Position numbers and translations under genes: made by a program | Notes under the pieces: model-generated | Seen by the model: only the letters and a program-made list of their open reading frames with translations | Database searches by the model: none | What the model was told of the DNA's origin: nothing | Part shown: piece after piece, positions 25,657 through 38,900 of the stretch | Position numbering within the stretch: the first letter of the stretch is position 1 | How the letters are laid out: each line of letters starts with the position of its first letter | From: Ruditapes philippinarum | Taxonomy: Eukaryota | Assembly (NCBI RefSeq): GCF_026571515.1 | Contig: NW_026858980.1 | Span: forward strand, 1 to 56,789 | DNA: 56,789 nt | Reading direction: 5' to 3'

Positions 25657-28600
25657 TTATTTCTTGACTACATACACAGGATCTCCTATCTTTATATCAC
25701 CTTCCGTCTCTACAGCAGTATGTATGCCCATCACCGGCTTGAAAGGGCCATATGGTTCCATGCAACGGAATCTGTAACAGGAATAGTATAATGAAGAGGT
25801 TCTTCATTTTATCAGATATTAGATGATTGGACTTAATAATGACTAATACATGTAGTTAAAAGAAACAAAATCAAAAAAAAAATCAGCTGATGAAATCCAT
25901 AAAATATAATAGTATCTGTTGAATATTGAAAGTACTTTATTGTTAATTCACAACAAAAAGGTGAAAAGTAATCGTTTTTAAACATTAAAATGTCATTATA
26001 GGTGTAAATTGTAATATACATGTATTAAAAGAGACTAAAAGGAATGTCGTTTTACTTTTTCAGTTCTGCTAACGGTTGGTTGTCCTTGCTCCTTGACCCA
26101 GTTTCAGGATCTACGGTGACGATAGCACACCTGTCAATGTGAATAATATATAACTGTATTGATTTATCATTAGCAACGCAACCATTTACAAAGATATAGT
26201 GTCTATATGAAACTCACTGAAAGGAAATAAGTACATTTGAAAAGATGTACACGCAAGTTTTTTAGAACACATATGCTAAAGAGTTAATGTATAAATTAGC
26301 AAAAGTTCTGGGAAGTCATTATAATTTATAACGTTATACACGTTACATTACACATTTACGCTAAAATCTACAACACAAAAGAAACGCCGAGATGTCTTGA
26401 CTTAGCAGTATTTACAAAACTGCATTTTTACAGTTGACATCCCTTTATAAGTACCTTGTACAGTTGTCAACAAATTTTGTTGATGCTTTGTCACCTATGT
26501 AGATAGTCTGCCAGTTCACCTAAATTACAATAACTCGTCTTAATAAAAACAGCTTTGAAAACAATAAACAAATACTTATTAAACCAATTATTATAAATTG
26601 TTCCAGTCAGCCCAATAACAAATATGAGTGCAAAAATCAGTTTTAATCGAGAAACCTATAAATTGTGATACATGTATTTCTGTAATATAATTACAGGTTG
26701 AAAGTATTGTTTTATCGCTTTCTTGATTACATTTTAAAAAAAGTCATTGTATTCAAATTTTATAAAGGATTATAAGCAACTCATCGCATTTTACTAACGG
26801 GGAAATTTAAGGGTTAAAATATTCTTCATATTTATATATGTGAGATATATTTTTTTATAAAAGTGAAAATTACTTCATCAAACGGCTCGCTTCCTTCTAT
26901 CATTATATTTGGTCGGAACTGTAATGAAGAAACTGGTTTATCTAAACGCTGGTTCAACACGTCCATTGAAGATTGACACATTATCATACATGGTACAAAA
27001 TCTTGGAATGCAACCTGTAACAGGGTGAATATATAATTAATTAATTATTATAGAAATAAACACCCTTGTGAGATCCTCTTTATTAATAAACTAACATAAC
27101 TTTAGAATCTTGGAGGAAAATGGTACTGGTCAGTGCTCCTTGATCAATTGTCAGCGGGCTCTTTGATCTATCTTGAAGAATAGTCTTTACATTTTCATTT
27201 ACATGTTGTCAAAGACATTGCTTATTGTGCACAGTGGTGTAAAAAAAGTATGACCAATAAAACTGGTGACAAATCCTTTCCACTGGTTCCAATAAAGTCG
27301 TCTTTATTGAGGCATTGTGGTGCAAATATAATGTGATGCATTTGTTGTATCTTGATATGCATTATGTGCAGTAAGTACATAATCATATGTCAAAATGAGT
27401 TAACCTTATTCCTGATATTGTCACCTTAAAAGACGTACCTGGAGGTCGTTTGTTTACATTCTGATATGTATTACAAAAGCTGCATACGATTTTGTCATTT
27501 TAAAGACATATCACCACTTACCTCATCGTGTTTCCTGATTTGTGTGGGCCAATCTTTCAACACCTGATGAGACAGACGTTTTTCTAATGATGGTGCTGAG
27601 TGATGTAATCTCAAATTGTCCTTCCCAACAACTTTTGAAATCCATGCCGCAGCCTTATCACCACAATCTAATGTAGACTGTTTCTGTTCTTTAACTCTGA
27701 AAGCGATACCTTTGAGGTTCAGTATAAGATTATAAGGAACTTACACCGGCTTCTGGCATAGACAGGAATATCTAGCTCGAGAGTAATTGTTAAAATCGGG
27801 TGTAAGACAGCAGCTGGTAAAGGGGTGTCACTTGAAGGATATAGACTTAACCTGGTAGGTGCCAATCCTATATCAGCGGGTTTTTCTTTGTCTAAATTTT
27901 AAAATTACCATTCTCTTAAAACTATTGAAGTACTTTTTAGTGTGTACTATCTATGCAGTATTTTAATAACTGCCTTTATTGCGTGTATTCGCTAAAGCTC
28001 ATACAAATGCATAATGTGACAAAGAGAACCGTTGAAAGATAACGTAATATATATATAAAACACCACTTAAAGGGAATTCTAAAACCAGGTGTAGTAAAAC
28101 TATTTCAAATTAATTCTTGCAAGTAAATTAAAAAAAAACACAACATAAAGTGGTGTTGGTAAGGAATCAAACCAGAGACCTTCAGATCGGTAGTCCGACA
28201 TCTATACCAATACACCAGAGCTCACTGACGAGTGAAGTTAGCAAATATGATATATTCGATAGATGCTGGTCAGTGTTTATTCAAATGATCTTTACGAAAG
28301 TTAATGAAGTGCCAGGTTAATATTGTTAGACAATATCTACACAAATACTTACAAAATAGTGACTAAATTTTCCTGGTTGATATCTGGATGTATTGGTAAC
28401 ATAAGAGGTTCCACGTTTGGCGCATCAAGCCGAAGGTTCGTTCCCTCGACACTAGTTCGAATAAGTGTTAGGGTCGGAAGAAAACCAATGTTTTGTCTTT
28501 GTCCATTTCTAGTAACAACCCAGTGTCTGAAATGGAAGACATTTGCACCAATATATATTACAATAACATATATGAGTATACTAGTCAGGGTTGGTCTCTC

Positions 28601-29308
28601 ACATGTATCATAAGTGATCAGCTGTGCTATAGCTAGTTAAATTGTACTATAATTGAAGTTTAGCAAGCCAGATTATATTGTTTTATCATTTATAATTAAT
28701 TTCATTTAGTATACAATGTTCATCTGTAAGCAAAACACAAACGTATATGCATGGTAACAAACAAAGTCATATGATGAAAACTCAGTGTAAATTGGAAATT
28801 ACATGCATTTGCGCATGCAACATTATTGTAAACATGTATATACCATATTTATTTTTAAATTGCGTCATAAACGACACAGTTGAAGAGGCTAGAATCTGAT
28901 GCAACATGTTCTACGTAGCTTAATACTATTATGATAAGCATGATGATGAATTTATCTTTTATGATAATAAATGCTAGATTCAAATACACGCGTGTCGTCT
29001 ATATTTAAATTTGTGTGTGTGTCAATTACTGTATCTTTGTATTACCCAGACCAATTAATTGCTAAGATTCTGCTGTTGTTACATATAATGTAAATTGAAT
29101 CTTACCTGTCACTTAATCCTTTAGTCATCAATCCATGTTTGGTAAGAGTGACATTTGTAATGTTTTGTAATTCCCTTGCAGATTTTAAAGGAAACACGTT
29201 GATTCGCGACACTTGACCAACATATACTTTTTGCCTTTTATAAGCTATCCAGGACAAAGCAGATACTTTAAAAGTCGTACCGATACCGAGGGCTATTAGT
29301 ACGTCCAT
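25657..29308 (-). CDS. MTARC: Mitochondrial amidoxime-reducing component (mARC, MOSC domain). Exons 29308-29106, 28526-28353, 27696-27522, 27014-26874, 26519-26455, 26130-26056, 25771-25657
   Basis: All GT-AG with matching phase. Motifs VGQVSRINVFPLKS, DRHW, LDAP, DCGDKAAAWIS, AFQD, FRPNIMIEG, CTRC (Moco-ligating Cys), TVDPETG, GDIKIGDPVY. Confidence 0.93.
28150..28221 (-). other. Degenerate tRNA-like sequence (SINE head or tRNA pseudogene) in mARC intron 2
   Basis: Minus strand A-box-like TGGTGTATTGGT, stem TCGGA/TCTGA with 7-nt loop, B-box-like GGTTTGATTCC; acceptor stem does not pair. Confidence 0.55.
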
Positions 29309-29798
29309 TTCATAAGGTTTGTTATTGAAATGACAACAAGAAAATCCCGCGATCAAATGGTATCTTTAAACTTACATGTATATCTTAGCCAACAATTGCA
29401 ATCCTACTGAGCTACGGCTGATTTCAAATGAGGTCAGTTATTTTACCAACGCTGTAATGTAATGTTCAGCGTTCTTACAGATTCGCTACATGGTTAAACG
29501 ATAACTTTATTTGTTGATAAAATTAAGTTATTTCAAACATAAATGATGTAGGCTAGAGCCATGCATGATTGCACTTACATTATTCATGAAAAGTACTTTA
29601 TTTCATAATATTAGTTTTAGGTAATACGTACACAAAACAAAATTCTACAACGATGAATATCCCGCCCCTTCTATACAAACGATAACTTAACTAACAACAA
29701 AAGTACATGTATATGTCTGGCTGAGCATTCTGAACTATAAAAAACAGGATATGTATGTACAGTGGAGATCAAGTTGAGGGACATGGGTCGGTCTGTTT

Positions 29799-30030
29799 AT
29801 CATATTGTTTACAGACGAATACTTATTTATATATTTATTAATTTTAATCACAGGAACTTGAAATTATATCAATATTAATCATAATATCCAAAATATATCC
29901 CTATACAGTATAAGTGTTTATCTATACAGTATAGGGGGTATATTTTGGATATTATCATTAATACTGATATAATTTAAAGTTCCTGTGTTTAATTGAAACT
30001 AAATATATCGTCTGCAAAATAATATAATGA
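29799..30030. repeat. AT-rich inverted repeat (palindromic MITE-like) upstream of mARC
   Basis: cacaggaacttgaaattatatcaatattaatcataatatccaaaatat / atattttggatattatcattaatactgatataatttaaagttcctgtg. Confidence 0.8.
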
Positions 30031-30630
30031 CGGTAAAATTTCGGGACGGAATATAGCGATGTTATTGATCTGGATCACTTAGATGAAAATAAAGCGTTCG
30101 TTACTCTTTGAATATTTCATAAATTTGCAAAATCGTTTTATTTTAATGCTAGTACGTTCTTTAGATATGTTCATAAATATGTATGTATACGAGGTTTATT
30201 TGGACATATTGTATAAGATTGTCGTATTTGTTTGCTTATCCCTTTAACACCAGTGAATTTTATTTTTATGAACTGACAGTTTTTCGGACAATAAAAAAAT
30301 TGGATAAAAGTTACCAAGTTTCCAGCAATAGTCTCAATTGTAAAGAGCCTTTTATTATTTTTTTTTCTCAAAAGCATCTTTGCAACCAATTATAGCTTAA
30401 ACATAGAACCAGTCCAAGATTTTCAAAAAGGCGCGTCCAGTCCATGCTATCTAGGGATTTTGATTTTTTAGATTTAGACATTTTCATATTGATTCATATG
30501 TGATTCAAGATACAAGATGCAAGAAAATTTATTTTACGTTGGATACATATAAACAGAAAACAGTAGCTCATGAGCTATTTTCCGACAAACAATAGTATAT
30601 GAACTAAACAAAAGTAAAGCAGCTAATATG

Positions 30631-31394
30631 AAAAAGGCAAAGCCTCAAAGCGAGCTCGATGTACTTTTTATAACGTTCAATAGTATGAAATAATCGCTCA
30701 TTTTTATTTCAAATGCAGTGACGAGTGCGTGTGACGTCACACACGTAAATATGGCTCCGCCCCTGTCGTTAAATGAATAACGAGTTTTGAAACGTTGATA
30801 AAACTTTGTTTATTTTATTTCACTCTATAATTTTTCAAGCGAAATAAAGATTATTAAAGGTTAATTAAATGTAAAACTTAAAACGTTTGCGACATTAAAA
30901 TAGCGTAGATTGTTTTGCACGTGCTGTTTGGCGCTACATTGTGACGTCACGTAAACAATACTTTAAACGTCTGTACAGCGTTAACGACTGAATAAAAGAT
31001 ATTGGTGTTCGGATTCATTTTCTTAGTTAGACCATTTTCTTCCATTCTAGATAGTTTTCACAACAAAATTCGACAGAAAATTGTTTTTATTTATCAGATT
31101 TTTCAAACAAAATGGCGCCTTCAATTTTAATTTTTTTACACAGCTTCCGTTATTCTGGTTCCCTGTCCAATTATGGTTCCCATAGACGTGCGCGGGTGGC
31201 CAGTCTACACATCCGTTTTCAGTCAGAATTCCTCAGTTTTTATCGTTATCTTTAAATTCGAAAAGTTGCGATGTGTCCAATTCGGTACTTCGGACGAAAG
31301 TTTTCAAAACCATCACTTAGCAGGTACTCGCGTTACCGTAAAGCTCGCTTTGCGAGCAGGCCCTTCGGGCCAGCTCGTCGAGCTCGCTATCAAA
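30631..31394 (-). mobile_element. Probable Helentron-type non-autonomous element
   Basis: AGCGAGCTCGA at ~30649 is inverted relative to TCGAGCTCGCT at ~31378; GC hairpin GGCCCTTCGGGCC; terminal palindrome AGGCAAAGCCT beside an A run. Confidence 0.5.
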
Positions 31395-32398
31395 GAAAAT
31401 ATAAGCATAAGCACAATAAAGTACATGGAAGTAAGATATTAAAGCAACTAAAAATTCTAAGCATAAGCACATCTAAATACATGGATTTAAGTTATTATAG
31501 CACCATGTTTAACCAGTTTAATTATACACAAAAAATTACATACATCAGAGGTGCTGCATAAATAATTATATTCACTTCATCATAAAAAGCATTGACACAT
31601 GGCTTAGTAAATAGGCCATATTTTGTATATAAGACATGGTTAGGAGTTTAAGAAACAATAATATAAGCACAAGAGGTTGATATATATTTTAACAAAACAA
31701 TAACTTGTAACAAATTTGAATACAGTTATGTACAAACACACGGTAGGGAGTGGTTTCGTCTAACTACCGGTTTGTCTAACTGATCTTATATAGTAAAACA
31801 GGTATTGGTTTCGGCTAACATAATTTATAAAGTGAACAATAGCTATTGTATAATAGGCACATCAATTATCACAGGTCTTACTGTGTGGTTTATCACACAT
31901 TTTCATGCAATTAAAGACAAGATATTGAAATTTTAAACAAATTCCCAAATAGACATTAACTAATATATAAATATATTGTATTATAATTGTTTCAGGATCT
32001 TACCTTCAACATCGTTGTTCGTCCGAACGGTCTCTCAGAATACACTCCAGTGAATCAGCTGCCACAAACTACCGTTGATCCATGTCCTCTCCACGTAATC
32101 CCTCACAGCCAATATTGGTCCACTTTGTTGTCAGTTTTAGGCAAACACGCACGTCTATTAAAATATTTCAACACCTTTATGATACATGATTAGTGTTTAC
32201 TGATCGGCTGATAAGACAACAGGGCTCGACATTAACGGTTGTCCAACTGCCCGGGACAACTAAAAGTTTGGTTCGGGCAAGTTATTTTGACAAGCACTTG
32301 TCCGCCGGGACAACTAAAAGTTTGGTCCGGGCAAGTTATTTTGAAAAGCACTTGTCCGACAGGGCAAGTGAAAATAAAAAGCATCATTCACAAAATGC

Positions 32399-34281
32399 CA
32401 GTATTCGAAATTAACGCCAGTCCGAGGCCCGAGGCCACTAAATTTAGCATCGGTCTGGTGATTATTGCAAGGTTGGTGGTCCGACGGACCAGTAGATTTT
32501 TTTGTCATGAAAAAATATTATAAGAAAAATTCATCAAAATAATGAAGCAGGGTTCTCTAAAAGATTGATCTTTTTGCCTTTTTTGCAAATGAAACCCATC
32601 TATTCTGTCCTAATTGTTCAATACACAGCGAGAGATGTCTAAATTGTATTGAGTAATGGAGGCCGCCATTTTTTAGTCCCCTACCGGAGGGGACTTTAGG
32701 TTTACCCTCCGTCCGTCTGTCCGTCAGTCCATCCGTCTGTCCGTCCGCCAGTCCGTCTGTCCATAAAACTGGATCCCGCGATAACACAAAAAGTACTGAA
32801 AATATTTTAGTGAAACATGATATATGGATGGATGGCAGTATGGAGATTATGCACGTCTTTTTCTTTTCTTCCTATGTTGAAAATTCTGGTTGCTATGGCA
32901 ACAAATAGACTGAAAATATGGCAAATTTTACCCATAACCTGGATCCCGTGATAATGCAAAAAGTACTGAAAATATTTTTATGAAACTTGATATATGAATA
33001 GATGGCAGTATGGAGATTATGCATGTCTTTTTCTTTTCTTCCTATGTTGAAAATTCTGGTTGCTATGGCAACAAATAGACTGAAAATATGGCAAATTTTA
33101 CACTTAACCTGGATCCTGTGATAACGCAAAAAGTACTGAAAATATTTTTATGAAACTTGACATATAGGTAGATGGCAGTATGGAAATTATGCGCATCCTT
33201 TTCTTATCTTCCTATGTTGAAAATTCTGGTTGCTATAGCAACAAATAGACTGAATTTCAAGATTTCTGATTCTAGTTTTTAAGTTTTTTCACTATAAATA
33301 CTTTATTTCTTAAGGTATTTTCTTCAAACTTTAAATATGAGTTGCTTGTCATCAACCACATCATATGTGACAAGGTTTACAACTTTAGCACAAAATTTAT
33401 CAGAATTACCTCCCTTGAACATAAAACTTTTATGAAAAAACATTGTTTTTATTAATAACTTCTTTTTCTGAATGTATCTACTTCAAACTTCATATAAATG
33501 TTTCTTATTATCACTCAACATTTGTGAGTGTTCAATACTCTAGCAAGATTATATCCAGAAGTATGCCCCTTTTGAACTTAGACTTTTTTTTGAGAAATTG
33601 GTAATTTTTACTCCAACTTCTTCAATCATGATAGGATTTTAAAAATGTTATATTTTGATAACAGGGATGTTTAAAAAATAACTTTGGAGTGTCCTTCAGT
33701 CCGTCTGTCTGTACATAAAAACTGTTTCCTGTGATCACTTTTAAAGAACTTTTTCAACAAATTTATTTAAATAGGAACATAAGTGAATGGCCAATGGCCC
33801 TTCAGAATGTTGCTTGGGCTCTTACCGGTAGGGGACTTATGGATTGCTTGCAATACTATGATAATTGCTTGTTTTTCTTGGATATTTTCCGTACCACACC
33901 GTACAGTTACGGAAATTAAACCATTGTTTATTATGGTCATTATTAAGCTATGATTTTGTGATTAATGAGTTAAGTAAATATTTTGTGTGAAAGTGATTTG
34001 TTTAAAGCAAATTGCGTTGTTCATGTTCAATTCTAGTCAATTTTGCCAAAACATTTGGTCCTTAAAGATTTTTCAAAGCTGTCAACATATGGCCCGGAAT
34101 ACAAGACATATTATGCTTCTTTCAAAATTATCAAGGGAAGCATGATAAAGTGTTTTCCTGTTTCCATCAATTTTTTACCTATCTATGTATTTGGTCCGGC
34201 TAAAAATCACCAGGTCCAGTAAGATTTGATATTTTACTGGCCCGAATTTCCTGTGCTTTTTAAAGTTTTTCGTGAAGACTG
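32399..34281. mobile_element. Third-level nested TIR element (CAGT ends)
   Basis: Imperfect TIR CAGTATTCGAAATTAAC / GTTTTTCGTGAAGACTG; AAATGC on both flanks; subterminal ggtcc / ccagt repeats. Confidence 0.55.
32670..33873 (+). mobile_element. HINE-like element with about 3 internal ~170-bp repeats
   Basis: TTTTTAGTCCCCTACCGG start, (GTCC/GTCT)n microsatellite, repeats 32770-33255, inverted CCGGTAGGGGACT near the end, terminal GCTTGTT. Confidence 0.85.
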
Positions 34282-34367
34282 AAATGCATGTACAAAATAA
34301 AAAGAGATAACATCTTTTCATTTATAAACATCTTTAAAACAAAAATACACCATGAATCATTATCAAT

Positions 34368-34798
34368 AATGTGAATATACTACAGTCATGTACATTTGTT
34401 GATATAGGAAACGGGAGCAAAAATATGAGCATGTGCCGCGGTAAGGTAATTCCCCGTTCTAATAATAGACTATATCTAATTTTTTACAAGGTAATTCCCG
34501 GCTTATGCTGTCGTTTAAATTTTGATGTTTGCATGTAAAGATATCATTGAAAATATGTAAATAATCGTTTTGATCTTTAAATATAATTGTTAAATAAAGT
34601 TTTTGCATTTAAAATGATTTATTGTTTTATCTAATATAACAACATTATGAACATAGTCAAGGAAGACTCGTTTACGGCTGTTGACATCAATTCGCGGATG
34701 ATGATTGAATGGGGAATTACCTTACCGCGGCACATGTTCATAATTTTCCTTCCGTTTCCTATATCAACAAATGTACATGACCATAGTATATTCACATT
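34368..34798. mobile_element. MITE with ~90-bp TIRs
   Basis: AATGTGAATATAC..GTCATGTACATTTGTTGATATAGGAAACGG..CCGCGGTAAGGTAATTCCCC; reverse complement at 34708-34798. Confidence 0.85.
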
Positions 34799-35912
34799 GA
34801 ATAAACAGATGAACCGATGTTTTAGAAAAACTACTAAATACAAAAAATATTTGTGTCTAACTAACAATCAATTTCATAAACAATATGTCCAGTTTATTGC
34901 CTTATGTTAACATTACCTTATACAAGAAGTATTAATGTATGAGCTTGTTTGTCTTTTCTGATTTATACATTTTTACCATTTTTAGGTCAGGACAAGTAAG
35001 TCTTAGGTCAGGGCAAGTAGTTTTAAAAACTACTTGCCTGACAGGACAACCTGATTCAAAAGTTAATGTCTAGGCCTGGACAAACAAACTTTCTCTGTCA
35101 TCAATTATAAACAATTGATTTATTTCGTAAACCAAGCCCTAACTAAACAATTAATTTTGCAAACAAAATAATGTTGTTTTTTTTTGTACTTTATTCTTGA
35201 CTCAAAAATAATTTATCAAATAATGAAAAAAACTTTTCAAGTGTAATATATAAGCACACTTCTACAATATATTATATTCATTAATGATATTTGCGTCATA
35301 ATTTAATTATAACAAAATATTGATGATAAAAACACTATATAAATGAACCACGTCTGTTAGACGAAACCACTTTCGCACCTCTTCATAAATTAAGTTAGCC
35401 GAACCGGTAGTTAGACGAAACCACCCTAATTCCAAACACACAAACATAGTTAAAATAATGCTAAGCTGTGGGCAATTAATGCACTTGAAGAGAAGAAGAT
35501 TTTTTAAGACATTTAACTATAAAAGTCTATGTAAAATGAAACACCTAGGGTGGCAGCCGCAGTGATTTTCCTACCTATTTAACAGACTCAGATAAAATGC
35601 CTCTTCTCATTTGAAATTTTCTTTAAAATCATGCAGTTTTCCCAAAATCTAAACTTAAACCTGCTTTTTTAATTCCCAAAGTAGCAATGTTAGCGATAAT
35701 TTTTCACATTTTTTGTGAGATTTTCAGAGACAGTGGTGTGCTATAATAATATTGAATTTAATTGGCAAAGAAAATAGAAAAAAATATTGATATAATAAAA
35801 GTATAAAATTCACAAATACCGGTATGCTCAAATTGGATAAAATAATAATAAAATTGTATATAAAATTTAATAAAATGAAATTTTGTTTATTTATTTTAGT
35901 TGATGTCCCATC

Positions 35913-38900
35913 ATGAGTGATAGTATGAAAGAAGATAGTTGTCAAGTAGAGTCATCATCTGCTTCACTTTCAGCAGGTACATGTATAACCCTAAATTTCT
36001 TAAATGGAATTGTCAAGTTTACATTTTGGGAATTATTATTATCAATTATCTATTATCAATTTTGTGTATAAGGAGATGAAATTTTGAAGTTGGTCAGTCA
36101 ACAGTGTAGCTCCCAGTCAGACTGCATGGTTATGCTAGCTGGGCTCTATACTGGTGACAGAGTTTCAGCAGGTTAAGGGCTAAATACATGTTTACATATT
36201 CATAAGTTAGTTGGTTTTTTCTTGTTTAGTTGGTTTTTTCTTGTTTTCCTTCCTATTATGTTTAATTTTACATACTCTGAAATATGAGTTATGAGCCTCT
36301 CTTTTATGTAATAAATTTATAAAACATGTAGGTACATCTAATAATTAATATCCATGTACAGTGAAATTTTCACCTGGTTTGAATAATTTCTATTTAACAT
36401 TATTTCTTGTTTCATTTTCTTATTTTCCTTAATTGTACAAAGTACAATGTATCTCTTTGTGAAATTCATTTATGGCTGTTTAAATATCATGCATGAAGAA
36501 TAATCATGTGCTCTCTCCAGTGACAGCTATTGATTTAGTTGGTTTCTAATTTGCTTACTTATTTCATTTCCTTGTTCAGTTTATGGCACAGTTTTTTTGT
36601 TTTCAGACATGTCAATGTTAGATGAACTCTTCCCAAGTCTTGGTAATGGAGAATCATCTGGAAGCCACTTAACCAACCAGCTGGCAATTCTTCTTCAAAA
36701 CCTAGGTTCCAGTGATGATGAGAGTTCTAATGGACCAAACTTGTATAATCCTCTACAGCTGTCTCCACCCAGACTTAATGAAATACATGCCCTCGCAACT
36801 GCAAATCTCATCTCTCAAACACAAGAAGCTATCATGCAGGAATATAATATCACTGACTTTGATTTTGACAAGTGCACTTACTCAAATAACCAGAAAAATC
36901 CTGAATCCTCTAGTAATGTAGATGAAACACATGATTTGGGTGGTAATATTCTGGGAAATGTATCTCACAATATAAATAGTATTCCATGTAGTGTATTGGA
37001 TACCTTTTCAGACAAAACAAGACAGGGTTGTGAAATAAGTAATCATACCTCAAGCATTTCTTATAATGATGATGCTAATTATACTACCCTTTTAAATGTT
37101 AAAATTCCTAAAGAAGATATAGACTTAAGTTTAACTAAAGTAAAGTCAAAGACTTGTGAAACAAATAATAGCATTGAAAGTGAAAAAACTGAAGTTTTTA
37201 AACAAGTCAGTGAGCCATGTTTTAAATCAACAAATATTTCTGAACTAGAATTGGAGACTCAGTCAGCAGTTAAAAACATTTTAGATACACCCTGTCCATT
37301 ACAAAAAGATAGTGTTATAAATAGTTTATCAACAAATGAAGAACTAAATACCAGAATCAGTAGACCTGGATATATTGGAATAAAAAAGTGTCCTCAAGAC
37401 CATCTTTTAGGGGATACACTAGGAGATTCAGAGTCCTTTTCAAACAAATGGGTCGAGCAAACACAACAGAGCACAGATTTAAAAAGGAAGCATGACTTGA
37501 TAAATTATATGCTGCCCCCAAAGAAAAGACATGTAGAGTGTAATACAGCATCTATGACACTGAATGGAAGCCAGTCTCAGGATGAAAATAGGAATATTCA
37601 TTACAACAATACTTCACACAATGAAACAAATGTTAGAAGTGAAGGGTATATACCTGGGAATAGGAATATAAGTAAAGAAAATGAAAAAGGTTGGTAAATT
37701 TCCAATAATGTCTTCAATTTTAAACCAGGTTTGGAGGGTATGGGGAGTTACTTACTTAGTTTTAGCCATATTATGGCCCTTTGTTGTAACTTGTTGTTTT
37801 TTTTTTTAAATGTAATGTACAAAACTGTTCTCATGGGATTACAACCAAATCTCACATATCTAACATCATCAAATTCCATAGTGTGTTTGTTTTGTGATTC
37901 TATCATTATTCATGGAAAACCTTTTTTTTTGTGACAATTTTCTGCAGTTGAACTTGAAGTCATGCAAAATTTATCACTTTTGTCATGTAACTTGTTTTCA
38001 AAGACTCTTCACATCATTACACACATTTGTGACCTCTAAATGCTGTATGAAACAGTATCATAGTTTAATTAGAAATTACTGTTCTAAAACAGAAATTATT
38101 CTCCATTGTTATGATTTTAATATGAGAGATATTGATTTTTTAAAATTTTGAATTTTCTAGGAAAATATTTTTAAAAAATGTTAAATTATCTTTTTTTTTC
38201 AGAGAAGCCTATACTGTATGTGTGTGTGATGTGTATGAAACAGTTCAGTAATGTAGATAAACTAGAGGTACACTCTACCAATCATCAGCATTACAGCTGT
38301 CCTGTCCCTGATTGTGTGAGAACATTCACTTACAGAAGTCATCTTAGTTACCACAAACAAACACATGAGTAAGTACTAGTTTTCAGTTATCCGATATTAG
38401 CACAGACAAAATTATATCGATTAGACTAGTTTACAGTTACCAAAACAAACTATACTTTTACCCAATTTTACCACACAGACAAACAAGAGTAAGTACCACA
38501 TATTGTTGTGCAATTTTACCATAGAAAAGGGTAAATATTTTGCCATGGATTTTTTTGCTTGAATCAAATTTAAACAAGTTCTGTTGTACATACATGACTA
38601 CAGTCAACTATCGTTATCTCGACATTGCTTTTCTCGATAGTTCTTTATCTTGATGACATTTTAAAAGTCCCGATTTTCTTCCTTCTTTATCTATATTGGA
38701 AATATGTGTTTATCTCGATATTTTTATTTCGATATTTTCAGTATCTCGAAGTAAAATTTCAGCCCCGACAGTAATTTTCACACTATTATCATTTCTTTAT
38801 CTCGACTAATAATTGTTCGTCTTTCCACCGCAGAGGTGTGAAAAACACAAATCAGACGATAATCACTTAATAGCATGTGTCATAATGATGACTATGTTTG

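Larger units (their letters stand above)
32220..35078. mobile_element. Nested TIR element (CAGG ends)
   Basis: CAGGGCTCGACATTAAC / GTTAATGTCTAGGCCTG; GACAA on both flanks; subterminal gggcaagt / ggacaac repeats. Confidence 0.7.
31742..35433. mobile_element. Outer non-autonomous DNA transposon with 8-bp TSD
   Basis: GG..GTGGTTTCGTCTAACTACCGGTT / AACCGGTAGTTAGACGAAACCAC..CC; AAACACAC at 31734-31741 and 35434-35441. Confidence 0.8.

Noticed and set aside
28150-28221. Functional tRNA gene
   Set aside because: Acceptor stem does not pair and the T-loop is mutated (TTTGA)
28323-28613. 96-aa plus-strand ORF
   Set aside because: Antisense to mARC exon 2
36597-37697. Stand-alone 366-aa gene
   Set aside because: It is an internal exon bounded by an acceptor at 36606 and a donor after 37689, in frame with the zinc-finger exons
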